Shown here: positions 19,424 to 28,121 of the stretch, in pieces
Layout: each line of letters starts with the position of its first letter
How positions within the stretch are numbered: the stretch's first letter is position 1
Assembly (NCBI GenBank): GCA_017541975.1
Contig: JAFXYB010000005.1
Span: 534-64,533, forward strand
Source of the DNA: a bacterium
Lineage (GTDB): Bacteria; Bacillota_I; Bacilli_A; Izemoplasmatales; UBA1188
Reading direction: 5' to 3'
DNA length: 64,000 nt
Notes under the pieces: generated by a model
Seen by the model: the letters and a program-made list of their open reading frames with translations, nothing else
Told to the model about the DNA's origin: nothing
The model's database searches: none
Translations under genes and position numbers: made by a program

Positions 19424-20600
19424 AGTCCTCTTTTAGTTTTCTAAATGCATCAATAGATCTTTTAATCATTTCATAGTCAACACAGTATGCAATTCTAACA
19501 TATCCTTTTACGCCAAATGAATCGCTTGGGACAAGCAGTAAATCGTGCTTCATCGCTTTCTTAGAGAAAGCCTCTGAATCATCTTCAAGTGCTTTCATAA
19601 AGAGATAGAATGCGCCATCTGGATATACAAGGGTATATCCTAAATCTCTTAATGAATTATAGAGAAAGTCCCTATTTCTTTTATATTCATCAATGTTTGA
19701 TGTAAACCCTTGTGTTTCACCAATTAGATATTGGAAGATAGCTGGAGCGCAGACATAACCTAGTGCTCTTCCAGCGCCACAGACGGATTTATATAGTTCG
19801 AGTGAATTTGTGGCTGTACTTGATATGAGAATATACCCTATTCTCTCACCGGGAAGTGAAAGTGACTTACTATACGAGTAACAAACTATTGAATTATCAT
19901 AATAATTTGTGATGAATGGATATTTGATATCATCATAGATGATTTCACGGTATGGTTCATCTGAAATTATGTATATAGGGTGGTTAAATTCCTTTTCTTT
20001 GCGTTTTAAGTAAGAGGCAAGCTCTTTTATTGTGTTCTCTTTTAAAACGGCTCCAGAAGGATTATTTGGAGAATTTATGATTAATGCTTTAGTGTTTTTA
20101 TTGATGTGCTTATCAAGTTCAGTAAAATCAATCATAAAATCAAGGTTTGATTTTACTATATCTATTTTACCGCCTGCCTTTTCGATAAAGACTTTGTATT
20201 CCGGGAAGAAAGGCGCAAAGACGATTACTTCGTCTAGGTCGTTCAATATCGCATTAAATGATATTGTGAGTGATGCAGCTGCACCACAAGTAAGATAAAT
20301 TCTACCAGCACTAACATTTGCTTTATATGTTTTATTTAGATAATCTGCGATTTTATTTCTAACAACCTCATCACCAGGAGCGCTTGTGTAGCCATGAAGT
20401 TTTACGCTATTTGTCTCTTTTATGAGTTTAATTAATGACTCGTTAACGATATCTGGCGATGGAATGGAAGGATTACCGATAGAAAAATCGAAGACATTTT
20501 CTTCTCCTACTATTTTCTTTCTTTTTCTTCCGTATTCGAATAATTCTCTTATCGCTGAACCGTGGTTTCCAAGTTCAAACATTTTTTCATTATAATTCAT
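19407..20600 (-). CDS. Class I/II PLP-dependent aminotransferase
   Basis: YSYSKSLSLPGERIGY contains the PLP lysine motif, and INSPNNPSG is also present. AAGGAGG is the SD. Confidence 0.85.
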   Translation of the reverse strand: MNYNEKMFELGNHGSAIRELFEYGRKRKKIVGEENVFDFSIGNPSIPSPDIVNESLIKLIKETNSVKLHGYTSAPGDEVVRNKIADYLNKTYKANVSAGRIYLTCGAAASLTISFNAILNDLDEVIVFAPFFPEYKVFIEKAGGKIDIVKSNLDFMIDFTELDKHINKNTKALIINSPNNPSGAVLKENTIKELASYLKRKEKEFNHPIYIISDEPYREIIYDDIKYPFITNYYDNSIVCYSYSKSLSLPGERIGYILISSTATNSLELYKSVCGAGRALGYVCAPAIFQYLIGETQGFTSNIDEYKRNRDFLYNSLRDLGYTLVYPDGAFYLFMKALEDDSEAFSKKAMKHDLLLVPSDSFGVKGYVRIAYCVDYEMIKRSIDAFRKLKEDYDNEK

Positions 20601-20602
20601 CG

Positions 20603-21448
20603 TTATTCCTCCTTCATGGATAAGAGTTTACAAGCATTTTTAAATAGAATATTATCTTTTTCTTCTTGAGTTAGTGGAAGGCTATTTATAACATCCACCA
20701 TCGATTTCGCATCAATCCAAGGATTGTCGCTTCCGAATAATACTTTTTCACTTCCGTGTTTTTTAATCATTTTAATGATTAGTTCTCTATCTGTGATATC
20801 GACATAACCTTTTTCCATATGATGCACAGTTCCAAAACTCATGGCAGTATCGATATAGAGATTCTTCCCTAAAATATATTCATAAGATTCCTTGTGTTCA
20901 TCAAGTGAACCCATATGAGCGAGAACTAATGTTCCTTTATTTAAATCAATTTTATCCAAGAACGATAATATTTTTGTATAAGTTGAATATAGCCTTTCTG
21001 GAAAACCTGGATCGAGTCCTGCATGAAATACAACAATGAGTCCAAGTGAAAAAGCTTCGTTTACAATATCGACATATGAATCACTATCCATATCTACAAA
21101 TTGATATACTGGATGAAGTTTGATACCTTTTACACCATTATCTTTTAATCTTCTAAGTTCCTTTTTATAATCCTTATAATTAGGATGCATTGTGCCAAAA
21201 AAGATTATCTTTTTATTTTCTTTTTTGTTCATGAAGATGGTTTGATCGTTAACGATTTCAACCTGTTCGGGTTTAGTGGCAACTGGAAGGATAATAGAAT
21301 AATTGATACCAGTTCTTTCCATGTCTTTAAGGATGCCGATATCGGTTCCATCAAAATATGGAACAAAGCTTATAGCTTCAGATAGATTATGAAGCGCTTT
21401 TTCAACTATTACATCTGGAAAGATGTGGGTGTGGAAATCAATTATCAT
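20603..21448 (-). CDS. Amidohydrolase-2 (TIM-barrel metal-dependent hydrolase/decarboxylase) family protein
   Basis: IIDFHTHIFP at the N-terminus, with HPVYQ, HAG and GSDNPW later. The ORF track starts at TTG 21475 inside the upstream gene. I prefer ATG 21448, 4 nt after the upstream stop. Confidence 0.7.
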   Translation of the reverse strand: MIIDFHTHIFPDVIVEKALHNLSEAISFVPYFDGTDIGILKDMERTGINYSIILPVATKPEQVEIVNDQTIFMNKKENKKIIFFGTMHPNYKDYKKELRRLKDNGVKGIKLHPVYQFVDMDSDSYVDIVNEAFSLGLIVVFHAGLDPGFPERLYSTYTKILSFLDKIDLNKGTLVLAHMGSLDEHKESYEYILGKNLYIDTAMSFGTVHHMEKGYVDITDRELIIKMIKKHGSEKVLFGSDNPWIDAKSMVDVINSLPLTQEEKDNILFKNACKLLSMKEE

Positions 21449-21452
21449 ATTT

Positions 21453-23090
21453 TTACGCTGTTGTCTGTTCCTCAACGAGATTGAGTGTTGAGTACATCAT
21501 TCTTAATTTTGGTTTTTCAATTTTTCCTGTTGGGTTTCTTGGCACATCCGCAAAGATTATTTTTCTTGGACGTTTATATCTTGGAAGAGCTAGGCAGAAA
21601 TTATTTACTTCATCTTCTGTCATCTCTATATTTTCTTTCAAAGATATAATAGCAAGAGTAGCTTCACCAAGACGTTTATCTGGAATACCGATTACCGCAA
21701 CATCCTTAACTTTATTATTGGTTCTAAGGAAATCTTCAATTTGAACCGGATAGAGATTCTCTCCACCACTTATGATAACATCTTTCTTTCTATCTACTAA
21801 ATAAATAAAATAATCTTTATCATATTTTGCCATATCACCGGTATATAACCAGTCTCCATCTAGGATTTCTTTAGTCGCTTTTTCATTGTTGTAATAACAT
21901 TTCATAACGCCAGGTCCCTTAACCGCAAGTTCACCAACTTTATTTGGTTCATTTATTTCGTTATGGTTTTCATCAACAATCTTAGTTTCCCAGTTAAATC
22001 CAGCTTTACCGATTGAACCAACCTTATTAATATTCTCTACTCCGAGGTGAACGCAACCAGGACCTATCGATTCAGAAAGGCCATAGTTTGTATCATATTC
22101 GTGTGTTGGGAAGACTTTTAACCATCTGTGAATTAGCGATGGTGGAACTGGCTGTGCACCAACGTGCATTAGTCTCCACTGTTTGATTTCATAATCTTCT
22201 AGTTTTAATTCTCCTCTTTCAAGGGCATCTAATATATCTTGAACCCAAGGAACTAAGAGCCAAACGATTGTGCATTTTTCTAATGAAACAGTTTCTAAAA
22301 TCCATTCTGGTTTAACACCACGAAGGAGAACCGCTTTAGATCCACTATAAAGGCTTCCAAACCAGTGCATCTTCGCGCCAGTATGATAGAGTGGTGGGAT
22401 GCATAAGAAACAGTCATTCTTAGTTTGAGAATGGTGGTTTTGTTCAGTAATGGCACTATTAATTAGAGCTTTATGGGTATGGAGAATAGCTTTTGGAAAA
22501 CCTGTGGTTCCACTTGAAAAATAGATAGCTGCATCATCATCTTCATTTAATTCTATATTTGGTTTTCTTGATGTATAGAGGTTGATATATTCGTCATAAC
22601 TTTCTGCGAACGATGGTGTATCTTCTCCTACATAGATTATGTGCTTAATGTTTGTGAGCGTATCAAATATCGATTCAATACGTCCAATAAATTCAAATCC
22701 AAATACTAAAATACTACATTCAGCAAGTTCTAAACAATATTTAATCTCATCTTGAGTATATCTATAGTTTAGTGGTACGGCAAGAGCGCCAGTTTTAAGG
22801 ATACCAAAATAGATAGGTAGCCATTCAAGCGAATTCATAAGAAGTATTGCGACTTTATCTTTCTTCTTAACACCTTTCGATAGAAGCATGTTCGCAAAAC
22901 GGTTAGAACTCTTATTAAACTCTTCCCAGTTTATTTCTCTTCTGTATTCAGTCGCTTTAGATGGTTCTATTAAGCTGTATTCTTTCCACGTTACATACTT
23001 CTCTGGCTTTTTTAGTGGGTTTATTTCAACTAAAGCTGTGTCTTTAGGAAATTCACTGGCGTTTCGCTCTAATAAATCTGTAATAATCAT
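21453..23090 (-). CDS. AMP-dependent synthetase/ligase (acyl- or aryl-CoA ligase, ANL superfamily)
   Basis: AMP-binding motif YFSSGTTGFPKA, plus YTGDMAKYD, GGENLYP and PRNPTGKI. Confidence 0.85.
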   Translation of the reverse strand: MIITDLLERNASEFPKDTALVEINPLKKPEKYVTWKEYSLIEPSKATEYRREINWEEFNKSSNRFANMLLSKGVKKKDKVAILLMNSLEWLPIYFGILKTGALAVPLNYRYTQDEIKYCLELAECSILVFGFEFIGRIESIFDTLTNIKHIIYVGEDTPSFAESYDEYINLYTSRKPNIELNEDDDAAIYFSSGTTGFPKAILHTHKALINSAITEQNHHSQTKNDCFLCIPPLYHTGAKMHWFGSLYSGSKAVLLRGVKPEWILETVSLEKCTIVWLLVPWVQDILDALERGELKLEDYEIKQWRLMHVGAQPVPPSLIHRWLKVFPTHEYDTNYGLSESIGPGCVHLGVENINKVGSIGKAGFNWETKIVDENHNEINEPNKVGELAVKGPGVMKCYYNNEKATKEILDGDWLYTGDMAKYDKDYFIYLVDRKKDVIISGGENLYPVQIEDFLRTNNKVKDVAVIGIPDKRLGEATLAIISLKENIEMTEDEVNNFCLALPRYKRPRKIIFADVPRNPTGKIEKPKLRMMYSTLNLVEEQTTA

Positions 23091-23102
23091 ATAAACTCCC
23101 GT

Positions 23103-23537
23103 TTAATCTTTTTTTATTAAGTCCTCATCACTTAATAATTTAATGTTGTGTGTTTTAAATAATTCTATCGCTTTATCCTCGTCTTCTACCTTTAGCATTA
23201 CGGATGCATAGTTTCCATATGAACCGATGAAGGCATAAAGATAGGCAACATTTAAGTTTGCAGCATCTAATACCTTGAGGGCATCCTTTAGTCCTCCTGG
23301 TTCATTAGATATCTTTATTGCGATAACATCGTTGATTTTTACAACATATTTGTTTTCTTTTAAGAGAGATAGGGCTTCATTTGGTTTATCGACAATAAGC
23401 CTTAATACACCATAATCGACTGTATCAGCGATGCATAGAGCTTTTATATCGATGTTATTTTCACCAAGAATGGAAATAATATCTAGTAATGCACCTTTAT
23501 GATTTTCTACGAAAATCGAAACTTGTTTAACTTTCAT
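23103..23537 (-). CDS. ACT-domain protein (tandem ACT, the type usually paired with PaaK-like ligases)
   Basis: 144 aa with two beta-alpha-beta-beta-alpha-beta-like repeats (VSIFVENHKGALLDI; IAIKISNEPGGLKDA). Confidence 0.7.
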   Translation of the reverse strand: MKVKQVSIFVENHKGALLDIISILGENNIDIKALCIADTVDYGVLRLIVDKPNEALSLLKENKYVVKINDVIAIKISNEPGGLKDALKVLDAANLNVAYLYAFIGSYGNYASVMLKVEDEDKAIELFKTHNIKLLSDEDLIKKD

Positions 23538-23545
23538 AACTCCTC

Positions 23546-24847
23546 CTATCTTATTACTCTCTTATCGATTACTCTTTTAGCTTTTCCTTCGCTTCTTTCA
23601 ATTGTCTTTGGACCAACTAGAGTAACCTGTGCGCTTAAACCTAAGACACTTCTTAAGTTATCGCGAATCTTAGATGATATTAATTCGATTGATTTAACAT
23701 CATCAAAGAAGAAATCTTCATTCATCTCAACCTTAACTTCTAAGGTATCAGTATTATTAACTCTATCGACAATAATCTGATAATTTGGAGTAATGCCTTC
23801 TCCATATTTTAGTAATACTTCTTCTATTTGTGATGGGAAGACATTTACACCTCTAATAATTAACATATCATCAGTTCTGCCTTCAATTCTGCCCATCCTT
23901 TTGAAGGTTCTACCACAAGAACATTTTCCAGTTAAGATTCTACAAAGATCATGTGTTCTATATCTTATTACTGGGAATGCTTCTTTGGTAATTGATGTGA
24001 AGACGAGTTCACCAACTTCACCATCAGGAAGAACTTCTCCTGTGTCAGGATTAATGATTTCTGGGATAAACATATCTTCATTTATGTGAAGGCCTTTTTG
24101 ACATTCACATTCGTAAGATACGCCAGGGCCAAGAACTTCCGATAAGCCGTAGATATCATAGGCTTTGATACCAAGTTTTGATTCGATTTGTTTCCTCATC
24201 TCTTCTCCCCATGGTTCAGCGCCAAGGACAGCCTTTTTAACTTTTAGTTTATCTCTTAAATTATTTGATTCAAGTTCTTCCGCAAGATACATGCAGTAGG
24301 ATGGTGTTGCGCAGATAGCAGTTGCACCAAAATCTACCATCGTATTCATCTGTCTTACTGTATTTCCTGTCGAGGCAGGAATTACAGTGCAACCAAGATG
24401 AGATGCACCATCATGAAGACCTAGTCCACCGGTAAATAGTCCATATCCGTAGCAAACCTGCAAGATATCATTCTTATCGATACCATAGGAATTTAGGGCT
24501 CTTGAAACGCATAAAGCCCACATATCTAAGTCACCTTTAGTGTAGCCAACAACGATTTGTTTACCTGTGGTACCACTTGATGCGTGAATTCTAACTACAT
24601 TTTCTAAAGGTTCTGCGAATAGGCCATATGGGTAATTATCCCTTAAATCTTGTTTATTAGAAAATGGTAATTTAGGTAAATCTTTGATGGATTTGATATC
24701 GCTTGGTTTTAGATTTAAGTCATCCATTCTCTTTTTGAAGAGTGGAACTCTTTCATAAACTCTTTTTATTTGTTTAACGAGTCTTTCACTTTGAAGTGCT
24801 TCAAGTGATTCTCTATCCATACATTCAATGTTTTTATCGTATATCAT
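23546..24847 (-). CDS. paaK: Phenylacetate-CoA ligase family protein
   Basis: HASSGTTGKQIVVGYT, YGLSE and RYRTHD motifs, with a typical PaaK length of 433 aa. Confidence 0.85.
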   Translation of the reverse strand: MIYDKNIECMDRESLEALQSERLVKQIKRVYERVPLFKKRMDDLNLKPSDIKSIKDLPKLPFSNKQDLRDNYPYGLFAEPLENVVRIHASSGTTGKQIVVGYTKGDLDMWALCVSRALNSYGIDKNDILQVCYGYGLFTGGLGLHDGASHLGCTVIPASTGNTVRQMNTMVDFGATAICATPSYCMYLAEELESNNLRDKLKVKKAVLGAEPWGEEMRKQIESKLGIKAYDIYGLSEVLGPGVSYECECQKGLHINEDMFIPEIINPDTGEVLPDGEVGELVFTSITKEAFPVIRYRTHDLCRILTGKCSCGRTFKRMGRIEGRTDDMLIIRGVNVFPSQIEEVLLKYGEGITPNYQIIVDRVNNTDTLEVKVEMNEDFFFDDVKSIELISSKIRDNLRSVLGLSAQVTLVGPKTIERSEGKAKRVIDKRVIR

Positions 24848-25413
24848 TAGCTTTGAGTTCCCCTTTCAAATGCATTTATATTTAGTTCTACATACTTAGA
24901 TGGAACTGTGTTTTTGATAACTTCTATCCATTTTTCATATGGGATATCTAGCTCTCTCGCAAAAGCACCGATAAGCACGACATTTGCGCATTTAGGATTT
25001 CCAAGTTCTGTGGCTATTTTTGTCGAATCAAGTTCAATTACATTAACTTTTTCTTTTAATTTTTTAATAATATCCTTTGGATATTCCATCGCGCCTGTGA
25101 TAACTGGCATTGGATCTATTCTTGTCGAATTTATTACCATTACTCCATCCTTTTTAAGATATGGAAGTGCACGGTAAGCTTCTAAAGTTTCAAAGGCGAG
25201 GATGATATCAGCTTCACCTTTATCGATTATTGGTGAATAGATTTTATCGCCATATTTAACATAGGTGGTAACTGAACCACCTCTTTGACTCATGCCATGC
25301 ACCTCAGAGACTTTGGTGTCATAGCCAAGAGTGATTGCGAGATTTCCAATTATTCTTGATGCGAGGAGTGTACCTTGTCCACCAACACCGACAATCATAA
25401 TACTCTTATTCAT
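24847..25413 (-). CDS. iorB: Indolepyruvate:ferredoxin oxidoreductase, beta subunit
   Basis: IVGVGGQGTLLASRI and HGMSQRGGSV motifs. It sits directly after iorA. Confidence 0.85.
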   Translation of the reverse strand: MNKSIMIVGVGGQGTLLASRIIGNLAITLGYDTKVSEVHGMSQRGGSVTTYVKYGDKIYSPIIDKGEADIILAFETLEAYRALPYLKKDGVMVINSTRIDPMPVITGAMEYPKDIIKKLKEKVNVIELDSTKIATELGNPKCANVVLIGAFARELDIPYEKWIEVIKNTVPSKYVELNINAFERGTQS

Positions 25414-25416
25414 ATT

Positions 25417-27153
25417 TTATTCCTCCACCTTGATAATCGCTTTAAATGGACAGACATTTAAGCATAATGAACAACCATTGCATTGGTTCTTATCAATTAT
25501 TACTTTTGAATCTTTAATTGATATGGCAGAACAACCAAGTTTCATACACATCTTGCATTTCTTACAGTTGTCAGTGATGAAGGCTTTGCCTTCATATTTA
25601 ACTCCTTTTAGAAGTGCACAAGGTCTCTCAGCAATTATTAATGATGGTTCACTAACTTCTACCTCTTCCTTAACAATCCTTTCAAACTCTTTAATATTGA
25701 ACGGATCACATACGCTAATTCTTTCAATACCAATTGATTTCGCAAGAGCGATTAAGTTTAGCTGTTTGGTTTCCTCTTTTCTTATTGTATAGCCAGTGGT
25801 TGGGTTATCTTGATGTCCGGTCATACCAGTTATGGAATTATCTAGGATAATAACTGTGCTAATTCCTTTATTGTAGACAACATCAATTAAACCAGTTATA
25901 CCTGAATGGACGAATGTTGAATCTCCAATTACTGCCACTAACTTTTTATTAAATTCTTCGCCTCTAACCTTTGCCATGCCGTGTGCAACACCGATTGATG
26001 CACCCATACATACAACACTATCAACGGCATTTAATGGGTTTGTCGCTCCCAGTGTATAACAACCTATGTCGCCTGATACTGTTAAACCGAGTTTATTGAG
26101 GACATAGAATGTGCCTCTATGAGGGCATCCTGGGCACATGACAGGAGGTCTTCCTGGGAGAGTTTCTTCTATTTCAAAGTGAGGATACATATCTTCACCT
26201 AGGATAGCCTTTCTTATCATACTTGGTGTGTATTCATAAAGAAGTGAGAAGACTTCCTTACCGATGACAGGAATACCGATAGATTTACAGTGTTCTTCGA
26301 TGAAAGGATCTAATTCTTCTATTACATAGACTTTATCAAGGTCTTTAACGAATTCTTTAATCTTCTCAACTGGAAGCGGATATGATATACCGAGTTTTAG
26401 ATAGTTTACTTTATTACCTAGTGCTTCCCTCGAATATAGATATGATATGCCAGTAGTGATAACGCCTATTTTAGAATTATTATCAAATACTTCATTCAGT
26501 TCACTTGTCTCAGCTAACTCTTCTAGAGTTTTCATCCTATCTTCAACGATAACGTGACGCTTGATGGCATTGCCTGGCATCATCACATTCTTTGTCAGGT
26601 TCTTAATATATGGTTTTAAATCAACCAATTCTCTTTCTTCAAGTTCTACTAAGCTTTGCGAGTGAGAAACACGAGTTGAAAGCCTTAGTAGTACTGGAAC
26701 GTCGTATTTTTCTGATAATGAAAAAGCTATTTTAGTGTAGTCTTTGCATTCTTTACTATCCGCTGGTTCAAGCATGAGAAGTTTCGCAGCTTTGGCATAA
26801 TGCCTTGAGTCCTGTTCATTTTGTGATGAATGCATACCAGGATCATCCGCAACCGCAAACACTAAACCACCATTAACACCTATATAACTAATGGTAAAAA
26901 GTGGATCCGCCATAACGTTCATTCCGACATGTTTCATACAGGCCATGCTTCTTGCGCCGGCAAGCGATGCACCGATTGCCACTTCTGATGCGACCTTTTC
27001 ATTTGGAGCCCATTCACAGTATATATCCTCGTACTTTACAATCGATTCAGTTATCTCTGTAGAAGGAGTTCCAGGATATGATGATACGAGTCTTACCCCC
27101 GCTTCAAAACATCCTCTGGCGACCGCTTCATTTCCTAACATTAGTTTTTTCAT
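25417..27153 (-). CDS. iorA: Indolepyruvate:ferredoxin oxidoreductase, alpha subunit (TPP-binding, 2x[4Fe-4S])
   Basis: TPP-binding GDSTF...GxxG region. The C-terminus has CKKCKMCMKLGC and CNGCSLCLNVCP ferredoxin motifs. The SD is TGAGGTG. Confidence 0.9.
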   Translation of the reverse strand: MKKLMLGNEAVARGCFEAGVRLVSSYPGTPSTEITESIVKYEDIYCEWAPNEKVASEVAIGASLAGARSMACMKHVGMNVMADPLFTISYIGVNGGLVFAVADDPGMHSSQNEQDSRHYAKAAKLLMLEPADSKECKDYTKIAFSLSEKYDVPVLLRLSTRVSHSQSLVELEERELVDLKPYIKNLTKNVMMPGNAIKRHVIVEDRMKTLEELAETSELNEVFDNNSKIGVITTGISYLYSREALGNKVNYLKLGISYPLPVEKIKEFVKDLDKVYVIEELDPFIEEHCKSIGIPVIGKEVFSLLYEYTPSMIRKAILGEDMYPHFEIEETLPGRPPVMCPGCPHRGTFYVLNKLGLTVSGDIGCYTLGATNPLNAVDSVVCMGASIGVAHGMAKVRGEEFNKKLVAVIGDSTFVHSGITGLIDVVYNKGISTVIILDNSITGMTGHQDNPTTGYTIRKEETKQLNLIALAKSIGIERISVCDPFNIKEFERIVKEEVEVSEPSLIIAERPCALLKGVKYEGKAFITDNCKKCKMCMKLGCSAISIKDSKVIIDKNQCNGCSLCLNVCPFKAIIKVEE

Positions 27154-27202
27154 AAAGACACCTCATTTTATTTTATTATAATATATTTTATTCTATAAAT
27201 TA

Positions 27203-27236
27203 AAAGAAAAAATGCGCTTCTTACAGTAGCGCATTT
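27203..27236 (-). terminator. Intrinsic terminator / candidate attenuator 50 nt upstream of iorA
   Basis: Minus-strand RNA forms AAAUGCGCU-ACUGUAAGA-AGCGCAUUU (9-bp stem) followed by UUUCUUUUAAUUU. Confidence 0.8.
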
Positions 27237-27319
27237 AATTAACTTTTTATTACGTTACTGCTTAAATCTATTTGTTTTACTGCAATAACGTTAATTCTAA
27301 AATCAAAAGAACCAAATTA

Positions 27320-27382
27320 TCACAGATTGGTTAGATAAAAGTAATAAAAGTAATAAAAGCTAAAAGTATAATTGGTTCTCAT
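27320..27382 (-). CDS. Candidate leader-peptide sORF MRTNYTFSFYYFYYFYLTNL (10 of 20 residues Phe/Tyr)
   Basis: GAGGAG (27396..27391) lies 8 nt before ATG 27382, and the TGA stop is at 27322..27320. The ORF is too short for the ORF track. The aromatic run is built from the 9-nt repeat TTTTATTAC x3. Confidence 0.45.
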   Translation of the reverse strand: MRTNYTFSFYYFYYFYLTNL

Positions 27383-27431
27383 GGATATATCTCCTCATAA
27401 GATTTTATTGTATATTGCCACAACTCTATTT

Positions 27432-27923
27432 TTAATTCAAGAGGTTTTCAAAAATATTATTAAAATATTTTATTTTTTCTTCTATCTCTTTATCTTTTTC
27501 ATATTCAAAAGAAAAATAATACTCCATAAGAAAGATTGAGAACGCATCCGCATCAATTAAAAAATCATATTTCTTATTCTTAATTTTATGATAGTTTTGG
27601 TGTTCTACCTTCCATAAATCAATCTTTTCTGTATCATAATATTTAAAAAGATTTTTATAACTCTTGAGTTCTATCTCCATCGCTTGATAGATGATTCTTA
27701 CACTTTTGAAAATGATTCTATAGATGGAATGCTTATTGGCATTTAAAATAAAAATTGGGCTTAGATGTATGATAAATTTAGTTAAATCTAAGTCAAGTGC
27801 GCTAACTCTATCATCTATATCATATACGATAGATCCACTTATATTTAAGAACCTTTCGCACCTATCGATTGCGTCATTTATTATATCTATTTTTTCTCTT
27901 GTAAAATCTCTATTATCCAACAT
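27432..27923 (-). CDS. Hypothetical protein (163 aa, predicted helical, no family recognised)
   Basis: An intact ORF with GAAGGT 8 nt upstream of the ATG, divergent from the TetR gene. Confidence 0.5.
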   Translation of the reverse strand: MLDNRDFTREKIDIINDAIDRCERFLNISGSIVYDIDDRVSALDLDLTKFIIHLSPIFILNANKHSIYRIIFKSVRIIYQAMEIELKSYKNLFKYYDTEKIDLWKVEHQNYHKIKNKKYDFLIDADAFSIFLMEYYFSFEYEKDKEIEEKIKYFNNIFENLLN

Positions 27924-28030
27924 TTTTATATACCTTCAATATATAAATACTTGATAATATTAGGAATGTTTAATCTTTTGTAATATTTTTGATTATTTGT
28001 CAATATTTTTAAAAGATTTTTACTAAAATG

Positions 28031-28088
28031 TGTCAATTAAATTATTTTATAAAAGATAATTGACAAATGGTTATTGCTTCACTATAAT
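28031..28088 (+). promoter_or_regulatory. Perfect-consensus promoter TTGACA-17-TATAAT with an overlapping palindromic operator
   Basis: TTGACA at 28060..28065, a 17-nt spacer, and TATAAT at 28083..28088. The perfect 9-bp inverted repeat TGTCAATTA (28031..28039) / TAATTGACA (28057..28065) has its right arm covering the -35. A further TGTCAAT copy lies at 27999..28005. Confidence 0.7.
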
Positions 28089-28121
28089 GTAATTGATAAA
28101 AATGTATATGGAGAAATTATT

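Noticed and set aside
27175-27180. A TATAAT 21 nt upstream of the iorA ATG, considered as the sole promoter of the aromatic operon. If so, the upstream sORF and terminator would belong only to the 163-aa gene.
   Set aside because: This is not fully rejected. It is kept as the main alternative to the attenuator model. The matching -35 is poor (TTAATT), and such hexamers are common in this AT-rich DNA, so it cannot be decided from sequence alone.
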